From contig CM060732.1 of assembly GCA_030704615.1 (NCBI GenBank), forward strand, positions 48,484,001 through 48,548,000: a stretch of DNA of 64,000 bases. Direction: 5' to 3'. Under the pieces are notes generated by a model. The model saw only the letters and a list, made by a program, of their open reading frames with translations, was not told the origin of the DNA and did not search any database. The stretch's first letter is position 1, and each line of letters opens with the position of its first letter. Shown piece by piece: positions 12,501 to 25,465 of this stretch. The position numbers and the translations under genes were made by a program. Source of the stretch: Takakia lepidozioides. Taxonomy: Eukaryota > Plantae > Bryophyta.

Positions 12501-13580
12501 GCTTTGAATCTTCTCTTGTTGGGGCAGTTTAATGTTATGTGATCTTCTTCTCCGCAATAGAAGCATAATCCATTCGAGCGCAGTCTTGAATCGGACAACA
12601 TCAATCTGCATAAGATCACTATCGGATGTCTGATGGATCGTTGTGTTTGGTGCCGTAGTAGCAGCGACATGATGCGTCGTCGACCATCCAGATCGCTTCT
12701 CTTGATGTCTTTCGAACAAACGATTATCGCATGCAATGACTTGGGTGATGAATTCACATTGTCAGCAACAAATCTTCTACATCATCTTTTAGCCCACATC
12801 GAAACTGACTAATGAGGCTCTTCTCATTCCAGTCGAGGTCGCACGCAAGTTGACAAAATTCGGCAGCATAAACGGAAGCATAACGTGCTCCTTGTCGAAG
12901 GTTTCGCATCTTTGTCTATGCAACTCTCTCTCTATCATTTTCTCCAAACGTTGCAGTGAATTCGGACATGAACGCTTCAAAATTGTATAGTAAATGCGAA
13001 TTTTTTTCTAATAGCGGTGCAAACCAAGATATGACAGTGTCTGATAGAAGGGTGCCCACGAATCCCACTTGAATACCTTCATCGGGGTAGCGTTGTGGAT
13101 GTAGTCGTAGGAACAATCGTACTTGTTGAACAAAACCGCGAAATCTTGATCTCGTCCCATCCAATTTCTCAGGCATTCTGATCTTTGGTTCTCTCATAAT
13201 CTGTTGAAGATGAACCGTTGCAGTAGGAACTGTTGCAGTAGGGACTCGTATGGTTGCAGATCCATTGTTCGACTCCTTTAACTCTGAAATTTGTTATTGC
13301 AAATTGTTGAGAACGTTGCCAAGATCTTGAAACTGATCAGCTTGTAATTGGGCGGTAGAGGTACGAAGTTCTTGCATCTGGAGCTGAAAACTCTGTAAGG
13401 TGACGACCATTTCCGCAAATGTGTTTTCCATCTCAACTAACTAAGGAACAAACTTTAGTCTCGCAAACCAATTAGACTAGACATGACTGAACACAAGCAA
13501 GAGATCAGACTAGATGTACAAGACTAGACAAGAAATCAAGGTCGGCGTGGCCGAATGCATGATGGGTAAACATGAATCAA
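9581..13580 (-). mobile_element. Degenerate Ty3/gypsy chromovirus (Tcn1-like): gag, protease, RT, RNase H and integrase N-terminus/core
   Basis: gag (EPKIRMPEKLDG, CFYCGEEDH..NC), protease LLDSGA, RT VVIYLDDILIFS, RNase H ETDASDFALG, integrase (ISRDYWWPQM, CDTC, HPQTDGQTERVNQ). Many stops and frameshifts. Confidence 0.95.
11016..11098. other. ~80 bp foreign insertion in the gypsy RT thumb region
   Basis: The RT frame MDQKKIQTIIE breaks into an A/T-rich segment containing TTGCGTTGACGCAA and resumes at DIQCFLEFANFYRIF. Confidence 0.6.
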
Positions 13581-13589
13581 ACGTGCGGC

Positions 13590-13690
13590 CTGCTAAGACC
13601 ATTCTGTCTCTCCTAAGAACCTTGTAAACATCAAGAAGAATACCAAATCATGGTACTACAGGAGCCAAGAGCCCACATTTGCGGTTGCGG
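13590..13690 (-). repeat. Inverted copy of the PPR/PDF-locus repeat
   Basis: Its reverse complement matches 6411-6505 (AATGTGGGCTCTTGGCTC..GTACCATGAT..GATGTTTACAAGGTTCTT..GGTCTTAGCAGG). Confidence 0.85.
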
Positions 13691-13779
13691 TGCAGGTTGC
13701 ACTTCGCCCCTTCTCCATCCCATGCCCTTCCATATCCTTCGATCATCGTGTTCCATGACACAATATCTCTTTGGCTCTA

Positions 13780-14158
13780 TACTAAGAAAACGCACAGGAG
13801 ACAAAAAAGTCAAGAGGAGGCTAAGTCCCAGCCCTCTAATGGGCAACCCTATAAATAATTTTTTGAGTTTTTTAACCTTTTGGTACCAAGCTAGCACTAA
13901 AAGTCATTCCGGCAACTATTTGGTGGAGAGCTCGCGCTGGTCAACCATCGTTGACCAACCCTCCGTCAAGTGCGGAGTCACGTAGTCATTCAAAAGTCTA
14001 ACCATGTAGTCCCTTGGATGACTACGTGACTACATAATCATCTGAACGACTACATAAAGCACAATTTGGTCTAAAAATATAGGGAAGTCATGGTCATAGT
14101 CAGGAAAACCATGACTACCGCGGGTTGGCAGTCATATGTACCACGATCTGTTGTAGTG
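13780..14158. mobile_element. CACTA transposon end 2
   Basis: TGTTGTAGTG ends at 14158, with the same CACTACAACA TIR and GGTACATATGACT subterminal motif as the end at 9580. The inner boundary is approximate. Confidence 0.75.
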
Positions 14159-14850
14159 AGACCTTCTGTCATTGGCTGAGTTTGCTTACAACAACACTAT
14201 ACATTCTTCGACTAAACAAATTGTATTTTTCTCCAATTATGGTCATTATCCTCGAGCAAACCCTTTCCATATGAAGACTGTTGGAAGCCCTGCTGCGTAA
14301 AACCTTGCTACTCATCTTGCTACGATTCACAAGGAGCTTACATTCCACCTCGCAGAAGCTAAAAAACAATACAAGGAGTATGCAGATCAACATCAAGCCA
14401 AAAACTGACCGGATTTATTTGACGAATAATTTTGAATGGTCCCAGGCGTTGATAATCCAACTTCTTTGATGGTCGCGAAGTTTGTATGTCCCGTCGAAGA
14501 AGCCATACACGATCTCCGACCTTGAACTGGGGTTAAAGTTGTCGCCACGAAGTATGCGCATCCATCCAGTCTTCAATGTCTCATTATTAGAGTTGTATCA
14601 TCACTCAAGTGTCCCCGGGCGAGTTTCTGTACCACCTCCACCGATTGAAGTCAATCAGGAAATCGAGTATGAAGTCGACAAAGTCATAGACTCTCACATC
14701 AAGTATAAACGTCTTGAGTATTTCGTAATTGGAAAGGCTACGACATCAGCGAACGAACGTGAGAACCGTCATCCAACCTTGCCAATGCATCTTACAAAGT
14801 CCAAGAGTTTCATCTACGATATCCAGCTAAGCTTCGAGCCACACGTCAAT
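14159..14850 (+). mobile_element. Gypsy integrase C-terminus and chromodomain
   Basis: DLLSLAEFAYNNTIHSS, then RIHPVFNVSLL..PPPPIEVNQEIEYEVDKVIDS (post-GPY/F region plus chromodomain). Confidence 0.9.
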
Positions 14851-15455
14851 AAAACGTCACTATGATGATGTCAGCCAAGTTAGCTTCAAGGTGAAGACTC
14901 CACATTCAGTGTACCTAATACACGCTAAGGAGGGAGGAGCACCACCCATCAGTATATATAGCTACACTTCCAGTACTCTTGCATCTTGTATTGGAGCATG
15001 GAGTCACAGGAACCAGATACATTGGAGCTATCGCTTACCCAACTACCAGACCAGCCGTTCCGACTCTCACAACCTTCAACATCACGCCGACGCTCTCCAG
15101 ACGATAGGCCACCAATGCGACGCGTACTTCCTCGTCTGGACCCCATATGACGGCAAGTGGAGCCTACTTGAAGTCTAATAATCCTGTTGGAGGTTAAGGA
15201 TTCGAACCCAGAGGGCAACGAAATCATGTTTGAAGGCAGCTTCGAAAATCAGAATGCTCAAATCACTGTGTGGTCCCAAAGTTCAAGGTGTTGGACAGTA
15301 TCGATGGTTGCATGGACCTATAAATCATTTGAGTCAAGAACAAAGAGCCGAATACTTGACAAGTAACATTCGCCGGATTTTGGATTTTCTCCAACTCTAA
15401 GCAAGTCTAAGATTTTACTGCTCCTCGAGGAACTCGGCGCTAGAGGAGGGGGTGA

Positions 15456-16148
15456 TGTCACAGACAGAGCCCAGAGAAACTTACCAGGAGTAAATACCAT
15501 TAGTTATCAAGTTACCGAGAGTTTACAAAAAAAGAAAAAAAAGAAAAAGAAAAAAGTATGACGCCTACCGAAGGAAGCGTAACTTGTCACTTCACCCCGA
15601 AGGGCTACTGCCCTCCGCTAGGAAGTTGAACACCTTCATGACACACCAGACCATGGTTTGAACCCACAACCACATCCAACGTGGTATGTGCCCATTACCA
15701 CTGGGCTACATGCTGGTTGTCCGGGAGTTTACCAAATTACCAAGAGTAACTTGGGAAACTGCTCAGAAGCTTCATTTGGAGGAAACTTCTCCATTGGGGA
15801 AGCTTCTTAAGGAACTTCCTAGTAGCCAGTATATATAGGAAGCGAGACTGGACATTCTTCAGTCTCGCCAACACAAGTTCAAGCTACTCTTGTTTCCAGT
15901 CTTAGTACTCCAGTCCAACTTCCAGTATTCTAGTCCAGCTTCCAGTATCTGGTACTCCAGTCCAGTTTCCAGCATTTCAGTTTCAAGTCGAGTTCCAGTA
16001 TCTTGTACTCTTGTCCATTGTTATAAAGATCATCTTGATTCATGTTTACTCATCATGCATTCGGTCACGCCGACCTTGACTTCTTGTCTAGTCTTGTACC
16101 TCTAGTCTAACCTCTCGTTTGTGTTTAGTCATGTTCTCATCCTTGACA
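15456..16148 (+). repeat. Gypsy 3' LTR (TGTCA...TGACA), preceded by a polypurine tract
   Basis: PPT AGAGGAGGGGGTGA at 15442-15455; termini TGTCA and TGACA. 16035-16133 matches the reverse complement of 13480-13580, upstream of gag. Interrupted by a SINE. Confidence 0.7.
15527..15720 (-). mobile_element. tRNA-derived SINE, copy 2, inserted in the gypsy LTR
   Basis: Homologous to 2370-2543. TSD CCGAGAGTTTAC (15515-15526) / CCGGGAGTTTAC (15721-15732). Long T-rich tail. Confidence 0.9.
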
Positions 16149-16349
16149 TGTGTGATTTATTTTTTTGAGATAAATTTTAGAAAAGTTTTATTTCAAAAAT
16201 ATGGTAGGAAAATATCATTTCACCCAGTTTTTTTAAAAGAAGGGTCACCAAAAATCCAGAGTTTTACTTTAAAAGTTAATGTAATAAAAGGTTTTATCTA
16301 TAATATAATGTATCGATCATTGTGAAGTTTATCATATTTCATCCAACTC

Positions 16350-16812
16350 TAATCCATCATAATGAAATCAGATAGACGTCACCTGAAGTTCAAATATGAT
16401 TCCAGTGATACACAGTGGATTGATGTTGATACTATAATCTCAACAGTGACTATGGCATTTGAACCATCTCAAAACTTGTGCTCTTTAGATCCAAGTGATG
16501 TTATGGCTTTGAATGAGTTTGTGACTAATGAAAATTAAACTTTTTCTTGGGTCCGGCATTTGGCTTATGCTATATGGAATGTACTTGTTTGTGTACATGC
16601 TTTGAAATTTTACAATTATTAAAATGACAACTTAAAATAGGGTCTAATTAATTGTTGCAAAAGAAAATTATAAAAAAAAGAGGGTGTTAGAAAACAAAGG
16701 GTTTTCCAATATTATCTAAAGATAGGGTGAAAAGAAATATAAAATTTTAAAAATATAGCCTAATATAAATATACCTTTGTACGCACGTGATATGCGAAAA
16801 ATACATATAGTG
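16350..16812 (+). mobile_element. Possible 3' end of another CACTA element (transposase C-terminal remnant plus TAGTG end)
   Basis: Reading frame KFKYDSSDTQWIDVDTIISTVTM..LDPSDVMALNEFV*, then an AT-rich tail ending ATATAGTG at 16812. Confidence 0.4.
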
Positions 16813-17349
16813 ACCCCCGTGCTATGTGAAAATGATCCTTTTGGGTCGATGAGCTCGTCTTGCTCCCACAGAGCGAAGACTCTTGTCCACGCTATCGGGA
16901 GAGTTCAAGCCTACCTGAGAAATCAGGAGTCCACTGTTATAATTCTCTAGATAACTAAATATACCATAAGGGTCGGATTTGTCCTTGCCATGGATTTGCT
17001 TGGTTCTTTAAAGGTTCCATTGCCCAATGTCACTTCACAGGACATCCACCTGGAAGGATTTTACAGCAGGCAGGTGGTGAGTGAGACGTTGCTTCTCCTT
17101 TATCGGGAAACCCAAGATACTATATACAGCACAACTTCACACTCATCTCTAAAAGAGGTGACTAGCTGCTTGGTCCTTTGGCAGATGCCATGTTATTGGT
17201 AAGCTCCACAAATGACAACCATCGTTGATGTTTACGTACAATCTACACACATTTACACCATCCATCTTGTTAACAAGCCTCTGACATGCAATTTTCTAGA
17301 TCAATGCAAGCTTATTTTTCGCCAGGCAAAACATACTTTTGATAAGGCA

Positions 17350-18420
17350 TTTGGTTGCATGTTCCACTACCTCCGCATCACCATAAATCTTACAAGGCCC
17401 TCCACACCCCCGCAACTAGTTAGATTGGCACTCTGTTGATGAATTCCTGTACCTCCTCAAATAACCTAGCACGGCCAAGAAGGTCCACCATGCAACAGCA
17501 ATGCCAGACTACACGATATCAGCATGAACATCTTTGCCCTTTTCGAGAGCTCCTAGGCTAGTACATGCATTGAGAATGCAAGTGATATGTGACTTTGTTG
17601 GGCGTCACACCTACCCCTTGCATTTGCTCATGGATCTCCAAAGCCTCCCTACCACACCCATGCTGAATATAGCTTGACATGATCCTGGAGTTCCATGAGA
17701 CCCCACATCCGTAATATCAGCAAGGACCTCTCTGCCCTTTTCAAGGGATGTTATGCCGGCACGCACATTGACAACACCAATGTGATCTCATTTGGTTTTA
17801 CTCCATCCCCTTGCACTTTTTCATAGATCTCCAAAGCCTCTCTACCACTCCCATGTTTAGCATATCCAGTAATTATCGCACTCCCCGAGACAACATCTCT
17901 TGTAACACTCGACGTGCATCCTCCATGCTTCTGCATTTGGCATACATAAATTAAGGCTGGTCTTCAAATTTATATGTGGAGCAATTCCAGTTGAGGAGGT
18001 CAGCATGGACCATTTGCCCCTTTCCCACGGGTTCCCAGGTTGCCACATACATTGAGAACGCAAATGAAAGTGACCCTGTCGGGCGTCACCCCTTCTTGTT
18101 GCATCTGCTCATAGACCTCCAAGGCGGCCTCTCTGCCACACCCATGTTGAGCATATCCTGTGAGCCTCACCCCTTCGCGTTGCATTGGCTAGATCTTTAA
18201 AGCATATGTTCCACACCCATGCTTGGTATCATCATAGTCCATGTAAACAAAACTCATTCGGGCCTTTTGCCGGTGCATCCACCAGGCTCCCGCACTTGGC
18301 ATACATGTCGACAAGTGTGTTCATTAGAAAGATCCTTGCCTTGAATCCACTCTGAGATGAAGTAAGTTTGCACCTGCTTTCCCTCTGATAGGTCCCTCAT
18401 GTGCATGCACTCCTGCAAGA
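17350..18420 (-). pseudogene. PLS-class PPR pseudogene (includes start of the S2/E region)
   Basis: TGYAQHGCGREAALEVYEQMQQEGVTPDRVTFICVLN, DVVSGSAIITGYAKHG and HCCCMVDLLGRA; frameshifted. Confidence 0.85.
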
Positions 18421-18770
18421 GACAGACATTTAAAATATTGAAGTCAGATTAATGTTCAACTGATGGAAGACACTATGATACGGAAGACAAGACCAGCAAG
18501 ATTAAGCAAGCAGGCCGAGGGGGATCAGGTTGACATACACATACAGAAAGAAACGAGGGATCGATGGGCAAAAGAGGGCAAGACGGGGAGTTTCATAACG
18601 ATGGGGTACGTCTTCATCCTTGGTCTCACTGCCATAGCCACGACTTGGTGATTACGTAGGATGGGGAGTTCAAAATTACTTATGGAAGACCGCATGATAC
18701 AGAAGAGAAGAGGAACTCGATTAGCAGGACTGGGCAAGCAGGCGGAGGGCGAGAAGGCTGAAACACAATA

Positions 18771-19090
18771 TGTTGGAATTCGACAGAGAATAGAGATAAA
18801 AGATGAACTGATTACTGAGAACTCTCCACCCAACCATAGGACCACAACAAGCTGTGTCCACCCTCCAAGCTCTCCCTATTTATACTCAAAGTCTAATCCA
18901 GAGAGATAACTATAGCATAACTCCATGCTTTTACTTAAGTTATCTCCACCTGCTATTCTGGTACAATGACTTGAGTCACTAATAACTGAAGCTAACTTTA
19001 GCTATCTTTTAGCTAACCGAGGCTTATCTCTATTGTTAACTGTGACTTGTCAGTATGTCTGGTTGTAGATATGTTTAATTACTTCCAACA
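18771..19090 (-). repeat. Copia 3' LTR
   Basis: 320 bp; differs from the 5' LTR by one substitution and a 7-bp indel. Confidence 0.95.
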
Positions 19091-22000
19091 CTCCCACTCA
19101 ATTAAACCATATCATTGAGCTACTTCGTTTGTCTTTGGAGAAGAGACACCAAGTAAGGTTGAACACTTCATGTGTTTTGTTTGTGGTAGACTCTTCGTCA
19201 AAACATCCGCAACCATATCTCCTGTAGCACAATAGATCATCTTGATCTCTCCCTTGCATACAACTTCCCGTATGTAGTGATGTTGCACTTCAATGTGCTT
19301 CGTCCTTGAATGATATTTCGGATTCTGACTCAGTGCAATCGCACTTTGATTGTCACAATAGAGAGTCGTAGGTAGTGATTGGAGATGATCCAAATCTCCA
19401 AGCAACTTCCGTAACCAAATAGCCTCATTTGCTGCTTGTGTAATGGACATGTACTTAGCTTCTGTTGATGACAACGCTGTTGCAACTTGTCGTTTGCTAG
19501 ACCAAGATACAGCTCCACCTGCTAGGAGAAAACAATGGCCTGAAGTTGATTTTCTACTATCAACGTCTCCTGCCCAGTCAGCATCAGCAAACCCCAACAA
19601 ACTTGGATCTTCCACTCTCTTATAGAGTAGACCAGAGGTTGATGTTCCTCTTAGATATCGAAATATCTTCTTCACTGCTTTCCAATGGGTTTGTCCGGGA
19701 TTTGAAAGAAATTGTGAGACCACTCCCACTGAATGTGCAATGTCTGGCCTAGTACAAACCATGCAATACATCAAACTGCCGACTGCGCTTTGATAAGGAG
19801 TTTTCCTCATATCTTCTTGCTCTTCTTGAGTCTTAGGTGCCATATCCTTCGTAAGTTTCGAACCTACTTCGAGAGGAGTTGATGTTGGCTTACTCATCTC
19901 CAACTTAAACCTTTGTAGAATTGTCTCAATGTATTGTCGTTGATGCATGAATACTGTATGGTTCACTCAATCTCTGCTGATTTGAATACCAAGACAGAAC
20001 CGAATCTCACCCATGTCAGTCATGGCAAACTCAGCACTCAACAGTGCTTTGGTTTCTGGCAACAACCTTTGATGATCGTTGGTACAATGATTGTGTCATC
20101 CACATATAGAGCTATGACCACAAATTGCTTTCCCATCTTTTTCACATAGATGTTTGTGTCAGCAATTCTTCGCTCAAATCTTGCCTTTAAGAGGTAAGCA
20201 TCGATCCTAGCATACCAAGCTCGAGGACTTTGTTTGAGTCCATACAAACTCTTTTGCAGCTTACACACAATATCACTTCCTCCTTGTACAAACCCTTCAG
20301 GTTGTCTCATGTAGATCTCTTCTTGTAGTTCTCCATTCAGAAATGCGGTCTTAACATCCATTTGATGAACTTCGTGATCATGTTGAGCTGCAAGAGCTAA
20401 CAACACTCTGATAGAAGAAATCTTCACCACTGGCGAGAAGGTTTCATTGTAATCCACTCCTTTAATTTGTGCATAGCCTTTAGCTACAAGACGAGCTTTG
20501 TACCGGTAAATAGATCCATCAGTTTTGTACTTCAACTTGAAGATCCACTTGCAACCAATGGCTCTTCGTCCTGTAGGCAACCTAGTGAGTGTCCATGCTT
20601 TGTTTTGCATCAATGAATCCAACTCTGAGTTGATTGCTTCTTCCCATTGTAGGTTGTCTGGAGAGCGCATTGCTTTCTCATATGTAACAGGCTCAACCAC
20701 TTGTGATGCTTCTTCCATAGCTTCAATGACACTCATAGATATAATCAGCATACTAGGAGCTTTTCTTTCCCGCTGAGATCTCCTTAGAATTGGCACATCT
20801 TCAACTTCATCTCTAGAATCCATATCAACAAGTGGTTCACCAACTTCGACTCCTTGATCAACTCCATCAAGTTGAACACCTCCATCATTTGCTTCAGCCA
20901 TCTCTTGTATTGGCTCCTAATAAGACTCCTCTTGGAAATGGTGTAATGGCTCTAAGCTCATTCCCATGTCATTTTCTCCCACTACCAAAGAGGGTATGAA
21001 GCTTTCATCAAACACTACGTCCCTACTGTGTTTGACAGCCTTAGTTGTCTTATTGAACAACTTATATCCCTTCACACCTTCTGTGTAGCCAATGAAGATG
21101 CATCCTTCTGATTTGGAGTCAAGTTTCATTCGACTCTGAGTAGGGATATGGACATATGCACGACATCCAAAAATCCTACAATGAGCCACACTAGGCTTCT
21201 GACCACTCCATACCTCTTTTGGTATTTTTCCCAACACTGATTTGATAGGTATTCTGTTGTGAAGATATGCTGCAGTGCCAACAGCTTCTGCCCAAAAATG
21301 ATTTGAAAGATTCACTTCTTTCAACATACTCCTTGCAGATTCTTGTAGTGATCTATTCATCCGCTCAGCTACACCATTCTGCTCAGGTGTATATGGAACA
21401 GTAAACTGTCGAGCTATTCCATTCTCTTGACAAAACTGATTGAAAGCCTTTGAGATGTACTCACCACCATTGTCATATCTCAAAATCTTAAGAGGCTTTC
21501 CAGTTTGTTTTTCTGCAAGTACTTTGAACTCCTTGAATTTCTCTAGCACTTGACTTTTCTGCCTTAGGAAATTCACCACAACCCTCCTTGACAAATCATC
21601 AATGAATGTCACAAAGTACCTTGCTCCTCCAAGTGATGTGGTTTGCATTGGCCCGCACACATCAGAATGTATCTCCAATATACTTGTGGCTCTTCGTCCA
21701 CCATCCTTAGGAAATTGACCTCGATGTTGCTTCCCTTCAAAGCAACCTTTGCATAGACGCATATCGCTCATCTCCTTCAATGGTAGTCCTTCCACAAGAT
21801 GGCTTGAGAGTTGCATCTATCTCAACTTCTTAATGCTCACATGACCTAACCTTCTATGCCACAACTATGTTTCTGATATGACAGGTGTAGATCCCAACTG
21901 TGGTGAAAATGTGGTAAGAGCACTAGAGACATGATGTTGTAATCTATACAAGCAATTATCAAGAATAGCTCTTGCTACCACAGCTCCTGAGCTATCTGTG

Positions 22001-23257
22001 ATAGTACAACTCTCATCTTGGAATACCACTCTGTATCCCTTTGCAACAATTTGCCTTACAGACAGCAGGTTCTTTGTTAAAGTAGGGACATGTAGGACAT
22101 TTTCCACCTCTATGGTTTCCCCTTCATTGAGCATAAGAGTGACTGAGCCTTCCCCACCAATGACATGCTTGCTATCATCTCCCAAAAGAACATATTGTGT
22201 AGGTGAAAGAGATCTATAGGATAAGAAATGCTCTCTCTCTGAACTCATATGTTGAGATGCTCCTGAATCAACATACCACACATGCTTCTGTCTAGTAGTG
22301 GCTGAGAGAGACACAACAAATAGAATAACATTCCTCTGATGGGTAGTTATGTTTCCTTGACTCTCTCTGCTGCGCTCATCTGCAATGCGCTTTCTACAAT
22401 CCTTGATCATGTGACCAAATTTCTTGCAATAAAAGCACCTTACTTTGGCCTTTTTGATCTTTGAGCTAGATTGAGGTTTCTGAAACCTCTAGGACTTCTG
22501 AGACATATGTGAAGGGAGTCTTCTATTCAAGACTACTCCAGTCTTGCCTGTGAATAAAGCTCTGTCTACCTCTGTAGAGGTACCTTGACCTTTTCTTCTT
22601 GTTTCCTCCTTGAGGAGAAGTCATATGACAACATCAATAGTTAAGTTGGTTTGTCCTGCTAGAGACACCACAAAACCATCATAGGATTCAGGTAAGGTTG
22701 CCAATAACACCACTGCGGCGTGTTCATCAGTCACATTAGTTCCCACAGAGACTAGTTGATCTCGCAACACACAAAACAAATTCAAGTGTTGTTCAACTGA
22801 GTCTGACTCGGTCATCTTCAGACCATAGAACTTTTGCGTCGCATACACTTGCGATGTGACATCCTTCGTCTCATATATGCTTGCTAGCTTGTCCCAAACA
22901 TCCTTAGCATTCTTAGCACTTATAATGAGATGCAACTGTTTGTCTCTCAAGCTTGTGATGATGCTAGCTCTTGCTTTCTGATCTTTCCTATCCCATATGG
23001 CTTGGCCAACAATAGTGTCAGGTCTTGGGACTGATCCATCAACCACTCCCCATAGATCTTTGTCTAGAAGGACCATCTCCATCCTAAACTTCCAGGTTTG
23101 ATAATTAGCTCCATTGAATCGATCTTCCACTCTCACATCTAATGCACTCGTCATAGACATAGAAGGAGGATTGCTAGAAGACGACGCTCCAGCCATAATC
23201 AAGTTCTCTCAATCTCAACTACCAACCCTCACCTAGAGAAGAATGGCTCTGATACCA

Positions 23258-23584
23258 TGTTGGAATTCGACAGAGAATAGAGATAAAAGATGAACTGATT
23301 ACTGAGAACTCTCCACCCAACCATAGGACCACAACAAGCTGTGTCCACCCTCCGAGCTCTCCCTATTTATACTCAAAGTCTAATCCAGAAATAGCTGAGA
23401 TAACTATAGCATAACTCCATGCTTTTACTTAAGTTATCTCCACCTGCTATTCTGGTACAATGACTTGAGTCACTAATAACTGAAGCTAACTTTAGCTATC
23501 TTTTAGCTAACCGAGGCTTATCTCTATTGTTAACTGTGACTTGTCAGTATGTCTGGTTGTAGATATGTTTAATTACTTCCAACA
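23258..23584 (-). repeat. Copia 5' LTR
   Basis: 327 bp, directly followed by the PBS on the minus strand. Confidence 0.95.
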
Positions 23585-23699
23585 ACATACAGATCCAAGG
23601 ACAAAATGAGGGATCGATGAGCCTGGCGATTGTTGTCACAACTTCGTGAGTGGGTTCTGATGAGACGGCTCACTCATGACCTCTTGAGCTATGGAGGTA

Positions 23700-23990
23700 T
23701 GTTTTCATATTCAATTTGAACAATAACATCTGCATGTCCAACAAATTCCCATTCAATGACTCTGAGATCTAGTGGTCGTTTGACGATACCTTCTTTAGCA
23801 GACAGTAAGCCTGCTTCAACAGTGCAATGTGTCTTGGGAAATTGTACTCACAATCTCATTGTTGCCAACATTGTGGGTATACCATATCAATGGCATTCAC
23901 GATCTCACAATCGGCGAACCTCCTCTCAAGCTTTGCAGCCAAGAGATTGACTGCAGCAATGCACTAAGCTATGTTAGCAAAATCATCTTT
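23700..23990 (-). mobile_element. hAT-like transposase remnant
   Basis: Minus-strand translation LERRFADCEIVNAIDMVYPQCWQQ*..HIALLKQAY..LLDMQMLLFKLNMK recalls the 'L..RF' region of hAT transposases (from memory). Confidence 0.45.
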
Positions 23991-24000
23991 GCTCACCGTC

Positions 24001-24213
24001 TGAGGCTGGCCAGTCATTGAGAATACGCAACATGTACGACTGCCCTATGAGCTTGAATGACAAAGTTTAGTGACCGATATTCAAATCAGGCACCCAATCC
24101 TGTGTGAGGCTGGCCAGTCATTGAGACATCATACGCAACATGTACGACTGCCCTATGAGCTTGAATGACAAAGTTTAGTGACCAATATTCAAATCAGGCA
24201 CCCAATCCTGTGT
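24001..24213 (+). repeat. Recent ~105 bp tandem duplication
   Basis: TGAGGCTGGCCAGTCATTGAGA...GGCACCCAATCCTGTG occurs twice, nearly identical. Confidence 0.9.
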
Positions 24214-24929
24214 AATGCAATAATTTATTCTATACCACATCTGAAAAATACAAGGAATTGTACACATTTGAATGTCATGTCTAGATCAGAATATAACATC
24301 TTATACAGATCAATTTGATAAATCGTCACCGCATCCATATAATCACATACAAAGCTTCTGCAAACTTGATAATGAGTTGATTGACTCCAACAATGGCAAC
24401 ACACGTGAAAGAGTCAGAGATGGATTCAACATCACATAACATAGTCAAGTTTGTCTTAGTTGCAAAACTAATGCACTATCAAGAGACATCTTGACAATGA
24501 GAGTCATATTGTACTCCATTGTCACTCTTTTCAAGGGCCTCAACATGATGATCCACAGGGTCTTCACATTCTGCAAGATCTTCAGCCCCTCTGATTCCAC
24601 GACCTCAACAAATTTAGTAAATTTTAAATGACGTTTAGGAGAGTTAGGAAAACATCCATATAAGGCCTACAAGAGAGCCTCCAAGTTTGGATACCATGGC
24701 CAGGCGTCAGCTCTGTTTTGCTCATCAACATTCAGACTTCTTCACTGAACAGGTCATGGAATTGATCAAACAATGGGTTTGGAAGAGTAGCAAAATGGTG
24801 AGCAACAGAGGCTCTCTGCACCCGACTTGAGAAGGCATCTGGCCACGTTCTGCTACCTCCACATCATTGTCACATTTACTACTGCCCTCAAGATGAAGAG
24901 ATATTCTCATGGAACACCATATCACAAGA

Positions 24930-24997
24930 CATCCCAGCATGGGTGTGGCACAGAAACTCTGCAACTAGTTGAAGGAATGCAACAGGAGGGCTTTAAG
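24930..24997 (+). pseudogene. Single PPR motif remnant
   Basis: SQHGCGTETLQLVEGMQQEG resembles the QQGCGTEALETYEQMMQEG motif at ~5465. Confidence 0.5.
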
Positions 24998-25465
24998 GGT
25001 TACTGTAAGGAGACCTACTTTTAGCAATTTGTCCTCAGATCAAATTACCAATGCAAATTTCTTGCATGATGGATCATCTTTGTGATCATCTTTGTGTGTA
25101 AAATCCTTTACGACAAACCCATTAGAGCTCTCGTCAGCCCTGAATACTTGGTTACTCGAGGTTGTCCATCTATGCTTCTACATTCTAGTCTGCCCGCCAT
25201 TGCCACAGTGACTGGATTTCTGCGCAGGCGGCATTTTTCCTGCACATCCATCTCTCTATGAAGTGTGCCTGTCTTCCCAGTGGTGGAGATTTTGTTTATG
25301 TGAGGACCTGTCTGTCTCACAAAGCAGGGCACGTGGGTGATGTCAAAAGATTCCAGAAACCACAGTTTGTCGCAATTGGCACATGGCGTACTCTATGTAG
25401 TTCACAACTTCCACAACACTATCTTGTCTCCAGAGATAGCTGTATGAGAAACCCATCAGTAGCAG

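Larger units (their letters stand above)
18771..23584 (-). mobile_element. Full-length Ty1/copia LTR retrotransposon (4.8 kb) with a disrupted gag-pol
   Basis: LTRs at 18771-19090 and 23258-23584 (TG..CA). PBS TGGTATCAGAGCC (Met-i) at 23245-23257 and PPT adjacent to 19091. gag FNGANYQTWK, CFYCKKFGHMIKDC, protease WYVDSGAS, integrase TPEQNGVAER, RT HQMDVKTAFL and YVDD, RNase H DADWAG. Imperfect TSD ACAATA/ACATA. Confidence 0.97.
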
